A stretch of DNA of 64,000 bases from an uncultured Gammaproteobacteria bacterium (GCA_964435515.1 CAYSZD010000005.1:8813-72812); one strand, 5' to 3'. Shown: positions 19,841 to 30,293, counted from the first letter of the stretch. Notes: a model not told the origin generated them from the sequence alone. A program made the numbers and translations.

Positions 19841-20293
19841 ATGATTGAAGGAGTTATTATTAAAGAGTTAAAAAAATATAATGATGATAGAGGCTGGCTG
19901 ACAGAAATATATCGTCGCGATGAAGTCGATTTATCTCCAGCTATGTCTTATGTGAGCTTGACTTTGCCGGGCGTAGCCAGAGGTCCTCATGAGCATGTCT
20001 ATCAAAGTGATTTTTTTATTTTCATTGGTCCTGGTACTTTTCGTTTATATCTTTGGGATCGTCGAGAAAATTCTAAAACTAAGGGTGAACATTTAGAGAT
20101 TGAAGTAGGAGAGAATCATCCCTGTTCAGTTTTAGTACCACCAGGCGTGGTCCATGGCTATAAATGTATTTCTGAAGTAGCGGCTCTATCTATTAATTTA
20201 CCTGATAAATTATATAAAGGTGTTTTAAAGGCAGATGAAATAGATGAAATACGTTGGGAGGAAGATAATAATAGTCCTTATCAAATAAAATAG
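19841..20293 (+). CDS. rfbC: dTDP-4-dehydrorhamnose 3,5-epimerase family (cupin)
   Basis: DDRGWLTE, GVARGPHEH and VPPGVVHGY. Confidence 0.85.
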   Translation: MIEGVIIKELKKYNDDRGWLTEIYRRDEVDLSPAMSYVSLTLPGVARGPHEHVYQSDFFIFIGPGTFRLYLWDRRENSKTKGEHLEIEVGENHPCSVLVPPGVVHGYKCISEVAALSINLPDKLYKGVLKADEIDEIRWEEDNNSPYQIK

Positions 20294-20299
20294 TTTTTT

Positions 20300-20695
20300 A
20301 TGTGTGTATTTTGTAAAATTATAGCTAAGGAAATACCTGCTTATGTAATAAAAGAGAATGAAATGGTTTTAGCTTTTTTGGATATCAATCCAGTCCATCC
20401 TGGTCATATTTTAGTTGTTCCTAAAAAACATTTTGCTAATTTAGAAGAGTTAGAAGGTGATTATTTGGAAGCAGTGATGTTGATGATAAAAGAGATGGGA
20501 TTTTTAATTAAAGAAAAATTAAAAGCTGATAGCTATAATGTTATTTTAAATAATGATAAAGCAGCGGGTCAAGAAATAGCTCATCTTCATTTTCATTTAA
20601 TTCCTAGAGTTGAGGGTGATGGTCTAAAATCTTGGCCTCATAAAGAATATCAGACAGGAGAAGCAGAGGAGGTTTTAAAAAAACTACAATCTTAA
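20300..20695 (+). CDS. HIT family protein
   Basis: CVFCKI, GHILVVPKKH and HLHFHLIPR. Confidence 0.95.
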   Translation: MCVFCKIIAKEIPAYVIKENEMVLAFLDINPVHPGHILVVPKKHFANLEELEGDYLEAVMLMIKEMGFLIKEKLKADSYNVILNNDKAAGQEIAHLHFHLIPRVEGDGLKSWPHKEYQTGEAEEVLKKLQS

Positions 20696-20696
20696 T

Positions 20697-21662
20697 ATGA
20701 AATTACTCGTTACCGGCGGGGCTGGTTTTATCGGTTCCAACTTTATCCACTATTGGTTAAATAAATATCAAGCTGACTCTATTGTTAATCTTGATGTTTT
20801 AACATACGCTGGTAATTTGGCTAATTTAGAAGATTTAAGTGACAGTTCTCGTTATTCTTTTTTTAAAGGAGATATTGCTGATAAGGAGGTGGTAGCGGAA
20901 GCAATGAAGGGTGTTGATTTGGTGGTTCATTTTGCAGCTGAAAGTCATGTTGATCGTTCAATTATAGATAGCTCTGATTTCATTCATACTAACATTGAAG
21001 GAACAAGAGTATTATTAGAGGAAGCTAAGCGTTTGGGTGGAATTCGTTTTCATCATGTTTCTACTGATGAAGTTTTTGGGGCTTTGAGTTTAGATGGTGC
21101 TAAATTTAATGAGTCTACTCCTTATGACCCTCGTTCTCCCTATAGCGCTTCTAAAGCGGCCTCTGATCACCTAGTGCGAGCTTATTTTCATACTCATAAA
21201 TTGCCAATTACTATTTCTAATTGTTCTAATAATTATGGCCCTTATCAATATCCAGAAAAGTTAATTCCTTTATTTATCACAAACCTTATAGACGGAATAG
21301 CAGTGCCAGTGTATGGCGAGGGGAAGAATGTGCGTGATTGGATTCACGTTGATGATCATAATCGTGGAGTAGATGCAATTATTCATAAGGGTAAAATTGG
21401 TGAAACCTATTGCTTGGGAGGAAATAGCGAAAAGAATAATTTAGAAATTACAGAAAATATTTTATTTTTAATGGAGAAGGGTCAGGAGATGATTAAACAT
21501 GTTCCAGATCGATTGGGTCACGATTTGCGTTATGCTATTGATTATACTAAAGCTAGTCGTGAGCTGGATTGGGCTCCACAAATTAATTTTAGTGATGGCC
21601 TAAAACAAACAGTAGAGTGGTATAAAACCAATGAGGCCTGGTGGAGGCCTTTAAAGAAATAG
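20697..21662 (+). CDS. rfbB: dTDP-glucose 4,6-dehydratase
   Basis: TGGAGFIG, AAESHVDRSI, STDEVFG and YSASK. Confidence 0.96.
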   Translation: MKLLVTGGAGFIGSNFIHYWLNKYQADSIVNLDVLTYAGNLANLEDLSDSSRYSFFKGDIADKEVVAEAMKGVDLVVHFAAESHVDRSIIDSSDFIHTNIEGTRVLLEEAKRLGGIRFHHVSTDEVFGALSLDGAKFNESTPYDPRSPYSASKAASDHLVRAYFHTHKLPITISNCSNNYGPYQYPEKLIPLFITNLIDGIAVPVYGEGKNVRDWIHVDDHNRGVDAIIHKGKIGETYCLGGNSEKNNLEITENILFLMEKGQEMIKHVPDRLGHDLRYAIDYTKASRELDWAPQINFSDGLKQTVEWYKTNEAWWRPLKK

Positions 21663-21690
21663 AATTATTTAATATAACTATTTTAAAAAT

Positions 21691-22122
21691 ATGAAAAATA
21701 AAAAAATTTTTATTCTTGAAGATGACGTTGATATCCTTTATGGCATATCAGCTGAGCTTAGTAGTGAAGACTATGAGGTTGAGTCTAGTGAGGGCGAAGA
21801 AGACATGGAGACTTTGATTCGTAATATTAATGAATTTAATCCAGATTATATTATTTTAGATTTAATTCTACCAAAATTAGATGGTTTTGAAGTGTTAAAG
21901 AAAATCAAGCAAGAAGTAGAGCTTAGTGAGGTACCAGTCTTTATTTTTACCGATTTAAGTGATGAAGATAGTAAAGAGAGAAGCCTGGGAATGGGAGCTG
22001 ATCAATATTTCTTGAAAGATGAATTTGATATCTATAGTTTTAGTCAAAAGATTAAAAAAATCATTGAAAATAAAAGAGAAGACGATGAATTAGAGGCAGA
22101 AGAGGGAATTGAGTATGAATAA
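21691..22122 (+). CDS. Single-domain response regulator (receiver only)
   Basis: ILEDD, ILDLILPKLDG (phosphoacceptor Asp), conserved T and K, acidic tail. Confidence 0.88.
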   Translation: MKNKKIFILEDDVDILYGISAELSSEDYEVESSEGEEDMETLIRNINEFNPDYIILDLILPKLDGFEVLKKIKQEVELSEVPVFIFTDLSDEDSKERSLGMGADQYFLKDEFDIYSFSQKIKKIIENKREDDELEAEEGIEYE

Positions 22123-22139
22123 TAATAAATTTTTTTTGT

Positions 22140-22168
22140 TTGACATTATAGCGATTTCTTAGTAATAT
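22140..22168 (+). promoter_or_regulatory. Putative sigma70 promoter for second mreB
   Basis: TTGACA-N17-TAATAT. Confidence 0.65.
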
Positions 22169-22221
22169 AAAAGATTATCGAGTCTGTTTTTTGTTATATT
22201 TTTTTGTTTTTAGCTTATTTT

Positions 22222-23229
22222 ATGTTTATTAAACGCATTGGTATTGATTTAGGCACAACTTATACTTTAGTTTACTTACCTAAACGGGGCATTGTTATTA
22301 ACGAGCCTTCAGTGGTGGCTGTTTCTGTTGATGAGAATAAGATTTTAGCAGTAGGCAATGAAGCTCGTGATATGTTAGGTCGCACGCCTGATACTATTGT
22401 GGCGGCCAGACCATTAAAAGATGGTGTTATTGCTGATTACCGTACCACCGAAGCAATGATTCGTTATTTTATTAATAAAACCTTAGGAGGAATGAGACTA
22501 TTTCGCCCAGAAGTTATGGTGGCAGTGCCAGCTGGTATTTCTTCTACAGAAAGAAGAGCAGTAATTGAAGCTACTATTGCTGCTGGCGCCAAGGCGGCTT
22601 ATATTATTAAAGAGCCGGTAGCAGCGGCTATTGGAGCTGATATTCCTATTGGTTCAGCTACTGGACATATGATTATTGATATTGGCGGAGGCACAGCGGA
22701 AATGGCTGTTATTTCTTTAGGTGGAATTGTAGCTTCTAGTTCTGTGCGTGTGGGAGGCAATAAATTTGATGCTGCTATTTTAGAACATGTGAGAAAAAAA
22801 TATAATTTGGCTATTGGCGAGAGAACAGCCGAGGAAATAAAAATAAATATTGGTTCAGCTTTGTTCATTGAAGATAAATTATACATGGAGATTAGAGGTA
22901 GAGATATTGTTACTGGTTTGCCTCGTAGCATTACTGTTTCAAGCGATGATGTAACTGAAGCTATTCAAAATGAACTTGAAGCAATCATTGGAGCAGCTAA
23001 AAAAGTTTTACAAAAAACACCGCCAGAATTAGCGGCTGATATTATGGATAAGGGTATTATTCTTTCTGGTGGCAGCGCTCTTTTGCGTAATATTGATCAG
23101 TTAATTTCACGTACGACGGGTGTGCCGGCTTATATTGCTGATGACGCTCTTCTTTGTGTCGCCAAAGGAACAGGTATTGCTTTAGATAATTTAGATTCAT
23201 ATAAACGTAGTATTTTAGCTACTAAATAA
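22222..23229 (+). CDS. mreB: Rod shape-determining protein MreB/Mbl (copy 2)
   Basis: GIDLGT, NEPSVVA, DIGGGTAE and LSGGSALL. ATG 22222 is preferred over TTG 22204. Confidence 0.95.
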   Translation: MFIKRIGIDLGTTYTLVYLPKRGIVINEPSVVAVSVDENKILAVGNEARDMLGRTPDTIVAARPLKDGVIADYRTTEAMIRYFINKTLGGMRLFRPEVMVAVPAGISSTERRAVIEATIAAGAKAAYIIKEPVAAAIGADIPIGSATGHMIIDIGGGTAEMAVISLGGIVASSSVRVGGNKFDAAILEHVRKKYNLAIGERTAEEIKINIGSALFIEDKLYMEIRGRDIVTGLPRSITVSSDDVTEAIQNELEAIIGAAKKVLQKTPPELAADIMDKGIILSGGSALLRNIDQLISRTTGVPAYIADDALLCVAKGTGIALDNLDSYKRSILATK

Positions 23230-23231
23230 TT

Positions 23232-24443
23232 ATGATTATTGGTATAGATGCCTCACGAGCAAATAGATCATTGCGCACCGGTACTGAGTGGTATTCTTTC
23301 CATATCATTAAACATTTAGTGGCTGTTGATCAAGAGAACCAATATATTTTATATGTCGATACAGAGCTAGCAGCTGATTTAAAAGAAGCCCTTAGTCCTT
23401 ATAAAAATGTGCGTTTTAAAAAATTATCTTGGCCTTGGCCTTTTTTTTGGACCTTGGGAAGACTATCTCTAGAGATGTTATTTCATCGTCCGGATGTGCT
23501 ATTTGTGCCCGCTCATTCTTTACCGCTTATTAATCCTAAAAAAACGATAACCACCATTCATGATATTGCGTTTGCCAGAGAGCGCCATCTTTATCAAAAA
23601 AAGTTTCTTAAAACTGACAGGCCGGCTAATAAAAAAGTGTTAAATAGTTTTATTAAAATTATTACCAATGGTCGCTATAGTTCTCATTCTTTAGATTATT
23701 TATTTTGGTCAACTGCTCATGCACTTAAGAGGGCAAAGGCTATTATAACTGTTTCGGAATTTACTAAAAATGAAATTATTGAAGTTTATTCTAGGCGCTA
23801 TGAGTCAAAACTAAAAGTCGTTCATAATTCTTATGACGCTAGTCTTTATCGATTTCAAGATAATATTGAAGAAAGGAAAATAATATTAAAGAAATATGGT
23901 ATTAGAGATCCTTTTTTCTTGTATGTCGGAAGATTAGAAAAAAAGAAAAACACCTCTTCTTTAGTAGAAGCCTTTGCTCTATTTAAAGAAAAATTTCCAG
24001 ATAATAAAGTGAAATTGGTGATGATTGGTAATGCTGGTTTTGGTTTTGATGAAATTAAATATATTATTGAAGAATATAATTTAGATAATGAAATTATTAT
24101 TCCAGGCTGGGCAGAAGAAAATGATTTACCTTATATTTTTAGTGCTGCTTTAGCCTTTGTTTTTCCTAGTTTGCATGAAGGTTTTGGTATTCCTGTTCTA
24201 CAAGCCATGGCTTGTCATGCGCCTGCTATTATTTCTGATTTGCCAGTGTTAAGAGAGGTGGCAGGACAGGCAGCTTTCTTTTTTAACCCTCGTGATCGTG
24301 AAGATATTTTAAGGGCTTTAGAATTAATTTATCAGGATGAAGAATTAAGAACTTCTTTGATAGAAAAGGGAATAATCAGAGCTTCTCAGTTTAGTTGGGA
24401 TAAAGCAGCGAGAGAAACTTTGGCAATTATTAAGAGTTTATAG
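23232..24443 (+). CDS. Glycosyltransferase family 4
   Basis: MIIGIDAS, YVGRLEKKKN and FPSLHEGFGIPVLQAMAC. Confidence 0.9.
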   Translation: MIIGIDASRANRSLRTGTEWYSFHIIKHLVAVDQENQYILYVDTELAADLKEALSPYKNVRFKKLSWPWPFFWTLGRLSLEMLFHRPDVLFVPAHSLPLINPKKTITTIHDIAFARERHLYQKKFLKTDRPANKKVLNSFIKIITNGRYSSHSLDYLFWSTAHALKRAKAIITVSEFTKNEIIEVYSRRYESKLKVVHNSYDASLYRFQDNIEERKIILKKYGIRDPFFLYVGRLEKKKNTSSLVEAFALFKEKFPDNKVKLVMIGNAGFGFDEIKYIIEEYNLDNEIIIPGWAEENDLPYIFSAALAFVFPSLHEGFGIPVLQAMACHAPAIISDLPVLREVAGQAAFFFNPRDREDILRALELIYQDEELRTSLIEKGIIRASQFSWDKAARETLAIIKSL

Positions 24444-24505
24444 AGATAAATGTATCTATTTTTTGTTTTGAATTATTGAAAAAAATATGTTATGCTAGAG
24501 ATGTT

Positions 24506-26548
24506 ATGAAAAAAATAATAACATCTTTTTTTATACTCTTTATTGCTCTGGCGCCAAGCGCTGGTGCAAGTTTTTTGCCTAATGATACTTATATTAATAA
24601 TCAGTGGTATTTAAGTAGAATTCAGGCTCCGGCCGCTTGGGAAAGGATTAATAGTAGCCCAAGTATTACCATAGCGGTGATTGACTCAGGTATAGATATT
24701 AATCATCCAGACTTGCGTGATAATATTTGGCAAAATCAGAAAGAGATTGCTGATAATGGTATAGACGATGATCGCAATGGCTTTATCGATGATGTTTTTG
24801 GTTGGGATTTTGTAGAGAATCTGCCTGATCCTAGTCCTAAATTTGAAGAAAATTGGACTGAGTCAGGTTTATCTCATGGTACTATCATCAGTGGTATTAT
24901 TGGCGCTACTGGGAATAATCGCGAGGGAATTAGTGGGGTGAGTTGGAAAACAAAAATTATGCCTCTTAGAGCTTTGAATGATCAAGGTGATGGTAGGATG
25001 AGTAGCGTGGTGCGAGCAATAGATTATGCTGTTCATAATGGTGCTGATATTATTAATCTTAGCTTTGTTGGTTTTAGCTATAATCAAGCTCTGCAAGAAT
25101 CATTACAACGTGCCTATGAAGCAGGAGTTATTGTAGTAGCTGCGGCTGGTAATGAACAAGAAACAGGGCAGGGTGAAAATATTGACGAACATCCTATCTA
25201 TCCAGCTTGTTATCAAGGCAAGAATGGTGAGAATATAGTGATAGGGGTGGCTGCTAGTGATGCCTTAGATCAAAAGACTAATTTTTCTAGTTATGGTTTT
25301 AATTGTGTAGACATTACTGCTCCTGGTGTTAGCTTTTTTAGCACCATTCCCAAAGGTAGTAATTTATTAGAGCCTAATATAATTTATGATGGTTTTTGGT
25401 CAGGAACTTCCATGGCTGCTCCTATAGTGAGTGGTGCCTTGGCTTTAATTGCTGAAATTAATCCTGAATTACAGCCAACGGAAATAGTGAAAATACTATT
25501 ACAATCTAGTGATAACATTAGTCGTCTTAATCCAAATTATCTTGGTCAACTAGGAAGTGGTCGTGTTAATTTAGACAGAGCCCTATTATTAGCTCAGGAA
25601 AAGCTATATTCACATTTAGGTAGATTAATTATTAATCCAGCTTCAACGGGTGATAAAGAAAGACTGGCTAGTTCTTCTGTTTCTATTACTGAAAAAAATG
25701 GTCAAATAGTTAAGGATTTTGATTTTGGAGAAGCAATGGGTGGGGTTTTTGCTGCTGGTGATGTTGATGGAAAAGGGGATGATGAAATTATTTCAGCTGC
25801 TCCCATCGGGGCAGAGCCATATGTCAGTATTTACGGAGCTGATGGTGAGCTGAGAGGTAGATTTTTAGTCTATGATGCTAATTTCCGTGGTGGTTTTAGT
25901 TTGGCGGTAGCTGATGTGACCGGCGATAATGTGGAAGAAATAATTGTTGGTGCTGGTCCAGGCGGTGGCCCTCATGTTCGTATTTTTGATCATAAAGGAG
26001 TTTTAAAGGGACAATTTTTTGCTTTTGAAGATTCTTTTCGTGGTGGGGTAAATGTTGCTGCTGGGAATATTGATGGTGTTGGTGCTGCTGAAATAATAGC
26101 CGCTAGGGGAGCAGGGGCCTTGCCTGAGATAAAAATATTTGATCGTCGTGGTAATTTAGAAGGTGTGTTTTTAGCCTATGAAAATACTTTTAGAGGGGGT
26201 GTACAAGTAAGTGTGGCTAATATTGACGGTCGCTTCGATCGTAATAAAGAAGAAATTATTGTTGCTCCTGGTGCTGGCAGGGAGCCAGAGATAAAAATAT
26301 TTTCTAATAAAGCAGTGCTTAAAAAAAGTTTTTTAGCTTTTAGAAAAAATTGGCAAGGAGGAGTGAATCTTGCTGCTGGGGATTTAAATAACAATGGTCG
26401 AGCTGATATTGTAGTGAGCGCTAAAGCAGGCGCTACGCCGCACGTACGTGTATTTAGTAATACAGGAGACTTACAAGAATCTTTTTATTTCTATCCCGAA
26501 TCTTTTAATGGTGGAGTTAATATTGGAATAGCTCAATTTATCAATTAA
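24506..26548 (+). CDS. Secreted S8 subtilisin-like protease with C-terminal FG-GAP/VCBS-type repeats
   Basis: Signal peptide; catalytic triad motifs IDSG, SHGT and GTSMAAP; five GD/NxDGxxxxEII repeats. Confidence 0.88.
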   Translation: MKKIITSFFILFIALAPSAGASFLPNDTYINNQWYLSRIQAPAAWERINSSPSITIAVIDSGIDINHPDLRDNIWQNQKEIADNGIDDDRNGFIDDVFGWDFVENLPDPSPKFEENWTESGLSHGTIISGIIGATGNNREGISGVSWKTKIMPLRALNDQGDGRMSSVVRAIDYAVHNGADIINLSFVGFSYNQALQESLQRAYEAGVIVVAAAGNEQETGQGENIDEHPIYPACYQGKNGENIVIGVAASDALDQKTNFSSYGFNCVDITAPGVSFFSTIPKGSNLLEPNIIYDGFWSGTSMAAPIVSGALALIAEINPELQPTEIVKILLQSSDNISRLNPNYLGQLGSGRVNLDRALLLAQEKLYSHLGRLIINPASTGDKERLASSSVSITEKNGQIVKDFDFGEAMGGVFAAGDVDGKGDDEIISAAPIGAEPYVSIYGADGELRGRFLVYDANFRGGFSLAVADVTGDNVEEIIVGAGPGGGPHVRIFDHKGVLKGQFFAFEDSFRGGVNVAAGNIDGVGAAEIIAARGAGALPEIKIFDRRGNLEGVFLAYENTFRGGVQVSVANIDGRFDRNKEEIIVAPGAGREPEIKIFSNKAVLKKSFLAFRKNWQGGVNLAAGDLNNNGRADIVVSAKAGATPHVRVFSNTGDLQESFYFYPESFNGGVNIGIAQFIN

Positions 26549-26558
26549 TATATAATAT

Positions 26559-27581
26559 ATGTCTAAACAAGTTATTTTTGAAAAAAAGAATGTGCTTGTC
26601 GCTGGTGGTGCCGGTTTTATTGGCTCTCATTTATGTGATGAGTTGTTAAAAAGCTGTAAAGTGATTTGTGTTGATAATTTCTTAAGTAGTACGGAAAGTA
26701 ATATTGATCATCTTTTATCTAATCCTGATTTTGTTTTTATTAATCATGATTTGTCTCAGCCTTTAGATCTATTAGCTTTAAATGATTTAGAAAAATTTAA
26801 GTTAGAGTTTCAGGGTTTACAGGAAATATATAATTTAGCTTGCCCAATGTCTCCTAAGAATTTTTTAGAAAATCGCTTAATGACAATTAAAGCTAGTTCT
26901 GAAGTAGTTATTAATCTACTGGAAATGGCAGTTGCTTTTAAAGCTAAGTTTATGCATTTTTCTTCTTCAGTTATCTATGGTCCTAGAGGAGAAGAAAATT
27001 ATTTTCAGAAAATGACTGAAAGTGATATGGGGATAGTTGATCACTTATCTCAAAGAGGAGCCTATGATGAAGGGAAGCGTTTCTCTGAAACAATAGTTAG
27101 TAATTATCGTGATATTTATAATATTGATGCTAAAATTGTTAGAGCTTTTAGAATATATGGTCCACGGATGGAACTTAATGATGATCAAATGATTCCTGAT
27201 TTCATTAATGATGCAATAGACGGTAAAGACTTACGTATTTTTGGTGATGAAAATTTTGCTTCTTCATTTTGTTATATCGATGATTTAATTGATGGTGTGT
27301 TAAAGTTTATGAAATCAGATCATCCTGGTCCTATGAATTTAGGTTCTGATGTTGACCTTAACTTTACTGATTTAGCAATGATGATTATACGTTTGACTGA
27401 GTCTAATTCTAACATTACTTATGAAGATTCAAGGTTGTTTATGAAAGAATTAGCTTTGCCTGATATTCAATTAGCCAAAGAAGTATTATCTTGGATGCCG
27501 GTTGTAACCTTAGAAAATGGTTTAAAGAAAACTATATTTGCTCTTAAAGCTCAGAAACGTTTACGCAGTTTTCAGGCTTAA
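26559..27581 (+). CDS. NAD-dependent epimerase/dehydratase, UDP-glucuronate decarboxylase-like
   Basis: GGAGFIGSHLCD, NLACPMSP, YDEGKR and IYGPRM. Confidence 0.85.
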   Translation: MSKQVIFEKKNVLVAGGAGFIGSHLCDELLKSCKVICVDNFLSSTESNIDHLLSNPDFVFINHDLSQPLDLLALNDLEKFKLEFQGLQEIYNLACPMSPKNFLENRLMTIKASSEVVINLLEMAVAFKAKFMHFSSSVIYGPRGEENYFQKMTESDMGIVDHLSQRGAYDEGKRFSETIVSNYRDIYNIDAKIVRAFRIYGPRMELNDDQMIPDFINDAIDGKDLRIFGDENFASSFCYIDDLIDGVLKFMKSDHPGPMNLGSDVDLNFTDLAMMIIRLTESNSNITYEDSRLFMKELALPDIQLAKEVLSWMPVVTLENGLKKTIFALKAQKRLRSFQA

Positions 27582-27605
27582 TTTAATTTTATAATAATAG
27601 TATAT

Positions 27606-27634
27606 AAAAAGACGAACAAATTGTTCGTCTTTTT
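27606..27634. terminator. Bidirectional terminator between convergent operons
   Basis: AAAAAGACGAACAA-A-TTGTTCGTCTTTTT. Confidence 0.8.
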
Positions 27635-27653
27635 AAAGTATTTTCTTATTTTC

Positions 27654-28706
27654 TTATTTTATCATTTCTCTAATTTTCTGGCTTAAATCATTAATATTGC
27701 CTGCTTGAAAAAGAATTAAATCTAGATATTCCTTTAACTCCGGAGTGCCCCCAATGTCTGAAGCGATGGCACTAAGACCATGTTGGGCCGCTTCCCAAAT
27801 GATAGTAGGGGAGTTTTCGTATATTAGAGAGGGTAGAATAACAATATCGTGCTCTTTTATGGTTTTATTTATTTTATCTCTACTTACGTGACCGAGGTAG
27901 TCTACATTATCGAATTTTTTTGATTCTTGGGTGATAAAGTCGCTTAAAGATCCTTGGCCAACAATAGTTAGTTGGGCCATATCTTTTGTCAGTCCGCTCA
28001 TTTTCCAGGCTGATAGTAATATAGCAATGCCTTTATGTTTTTCTATTTGTCCAGCAAAGAGAAAGCGGAGAGGACTATGTTTTTCTTTGGGTTTCTTTTT
28101 ATTTAAATTAAAGTTTGGTATTACCTCTTGTAGACTGCGGTTGAAGAAATTTTGTTGTTTGTGCAGATCTAGCAGCCACTTAGAAGGAGATATTATTTTA
28201 GCTGTTTGTTTGAAAGCTTTTTTAGTAAAGTATTGATAGAAAAGAGCTAAAATATTTTTTATCTTTTTTTCTTCGCCAAGATACATTAGTCCAGATGGAT
28301 GTAATAGTTGAATGTCATGAAGGACGTGATGGTGAGTAATATTATATTGCTTTAATATTTTTGGCAAAGCTAAACTGAGTCCTAATAAATTATGAGTTAT
28401 AAATAAGTCTGGTTTTTCTTCTTCAATTATTTGTTTGATTTCTTTTCGATGGGGAGGAAATATTAATTGGCAAAAATGCCAAATTAATTTTCTAATTAGA
28501 GAGTATTGATTTAAATATTCATAGCTTGAAGAAAGAAAATATATATTTTTTTCGTTTGTGCGTTTTGTTTTTGTGGGACGAGAAGTGATGATAAATACTT
28601 CGTGGCCATTTGTCACAAATTCATCTATCATTTTCTTGCTAATAATTTCAGCGCCACTGTCTCGGCCGTAGGGAGGATATAGATTGTTGGCTAAGCCTAT
28701 CTTCAT
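27654..28706 (-). CDS. Glycosyltransferase family 4
   Basis: NNLYPPY..SGAE, AGQIEKHKG, PSLIYENSPTIIWEA and SDIGGTPE. Confidence 0.88.
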   Translation of the reverse strand: MKIGLANNLYPPYGRDSGAEIISKKMIDEFVTNGHEVFIITSRPTKTKRTNEKNIYFLSSSYEYLNQYSLIRKLIWHFCQLIFPPHRKEIKQIIEEEKPDLFITHNLLGLSLALPKILKQYNITHHHVLHDIQLLHPSGLMYLGEEKKIKNILALFYQYFTKKAFKQTAKIISPSKWLLDLHKQQNFFNRSLQEVIPNFNLNKKKPKEKHSPLRFLFAGQIEKHKGIAILLSAWKMSGLTKDMAQLTIVGQGSLSDFITQESKKFDNVDYLGHVSRDKINKTIKEHDIVILPSLIYENSPTIIWEAAQHGLSAIASDIGGTPELKEYLDLILFQAGNINDLSQKIREMIK

Positions 28707-28708
28707 AT

Positions 28709-29887
28709 TTATTGTAATTTAGAAAATTCATCTAAAATAGAATCAGCTATTTTTTCCCAAGCGTAATAATCTTCTACTAAAATACGGGCCTCATGGGCCA
28801 TTTTTTCTTTTTTCTTTTCATCTTGAAGTATCTCATCAATTTTTTGGGCTAAATCATCCGAGCTTCCTACTTGACATAATAGACCTTGTTTGCCGTTTTG
28901 AAAGACGCTACGCACTCCTGGTAAATCACTAGCAATAACTGGTAGTCCGCAGGACATGGCTTCTATTAAGACTAGGCCAAAAGCTTCATGACTATTAATG
29001 GATGGTAGAATAAGAAGATCAGCTCCTTGATATTGGCGAATTAAATCTTCTTCGTTAACTCTGCCTAAGAAATTGATTTTTTTTAATATTTTTAACTCTA
29101 AAGCTTGTTTCTCATATTGATTTTTTAGATTACCATCTCCTACAATATTTAAAGTAACTGAACTTTTAGTTTTGGTCATGGCTTCAAAGAGAATGTTTAA
29201 ACCTTTAAAATAGTGAGCCTCATCTAAGCCGCCAACAAATAATAGACTATGTCCGCCTCTTTTAATAAATGTTTTAGTGACAAAAGAGACAATATCAGTA
29301 GCTTTCTGACTAAGAGGGTTTGAATTTTTTTGGATCTTAGGTTTAAAGATATCCGTTTCTACGCCAAAAGGAATTACTTTTATTTTATGCGGTGAGTGTT
29401 TGTTAATATAATTTAGACGACTATTATCAGCATAATCACGGCTAGCGACGATAATGCTGCTAGCTTTTTTAAGTAAAGCTTTTCTGATAACAATTGAAGG
29501 GATGGAAAGAATCTTTTTTAAGCCAGGCAGGGAAGGAGTATCCATGTGATAATGGATAATTAATTTCTTTTTTGGCTTAATTAATTTTAGCAATAGTATA
29601 AGAGCATCAGCACCAAAGAAAGGATAGTGAAAATATATTACTTCGTATTTTAACAATCTAAAGGGTAGAAAAATAGGAAAGGCTCCATGTCCAAAACGAA
29701 GCACTGGGTCTAAAAAGACAGTACCGTGTTTAGTCTTTGGAATTTTAGCTTTTTTTTCTTGAAATGGAGCTAGGGTAAAAGTACGTACTTCGTGTTCTCT
29801 TTTTAATATTTCTTCTAGACGATAGGCGCTTTGACCAATACCACCAGCATATGGAGGAAAGGCGCAAACAATTTGAGCTATTTTCAT
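28709..29887 (-). CDS. Glycosyltransferase family 4
   Basis: FPPYAGGI, VGGLDEAHYFKG and EAFGLVLIEAMSCG. Confidence 0.9.
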   Translation of the reverse strand: MKIAQIVCAFPPYAGGIGQSAYRLEEILKREHEVRTFTLAPFQEKKAKIPKTKHGTVFLDPVLRFGHGAFPIFLPFRLLKYEVIYFHYPFFGADALILLLKLIKPKKKLIIHYHMDTPSLPGLKKILSIPSIVIRKALLKKASSIIVASRDYADNSRLNYINKHSPHKIKVIPFGVETDIFKPKIQKNSNPLSQKATDIVSFVTKTFIKRGGHSLLFVGGLDEAHYFKGLNILFEAMTKTKSSVTLNIVGDGNLKNQYEKQALELKILKKINFLGRVNEEDLIRQYQGADLLILPSINSHEAFGLVLIEAMSCGLPVIASDLPGVRSVFQNGKQGLLCQVGSSDDLAQKIDEILQDEKKKEKMAHEARILVEDYYAWEKIADSILDEFSKLQ

Positions 29888-29895
29888 AAGATGCT

Positions 29896-30216
29896 TTATT
29901 TTTTAAGAGTAATATGCCGAACTAAGTCACTTAAATCTTTATCTAATTTATTTATTTTTAATCTTAGTTTAAAGATAAGATAAAAGAGACTAAGGATAGC
30001 TAGGTATAAAAGAAAATTAATACCAGAGCCAGAGAAACCAAGTATTTCTACTAATTGGTCTAGTTGTTTTAGAAAAATAATAGCGATGGCGCCCAGTCCC
30101 CAGAAAGATAACCAAAAAACGAATTCATTACCATTAATTTGCTTTTTCTTTTTTTGTTGAAAAAGTCGGATAATAAAGAAAAGGATAAAGAGTAGAGCAA
30201 GTGTTTGTTGAAGCAT
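29896..30216 (-). CDS. DUF2304-like small membrane protein
   Basis: Three TM segments, FWLSFW and C-terminal LSDLVRHITL; the family is usually paired with GT2 genes. Confidence 0.7.
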   Translation of the reverse strand: MLQQTLALLFILFFIIRLFQQKKKKQINGNEFVFWLSFWGLGAIAIIFLKQLDQLVEILGFSGSGINFLLYLAILSLFYLIFKLRLKINKLDKDLSDLVRHITLKK

Positions 30217-30293
30217 ATTGACAAAAGTTAGTGTGTATAGTTAAATATAATGTTAATTAATAGTTCATTTATAAACCTAAAACAATAGAAATC

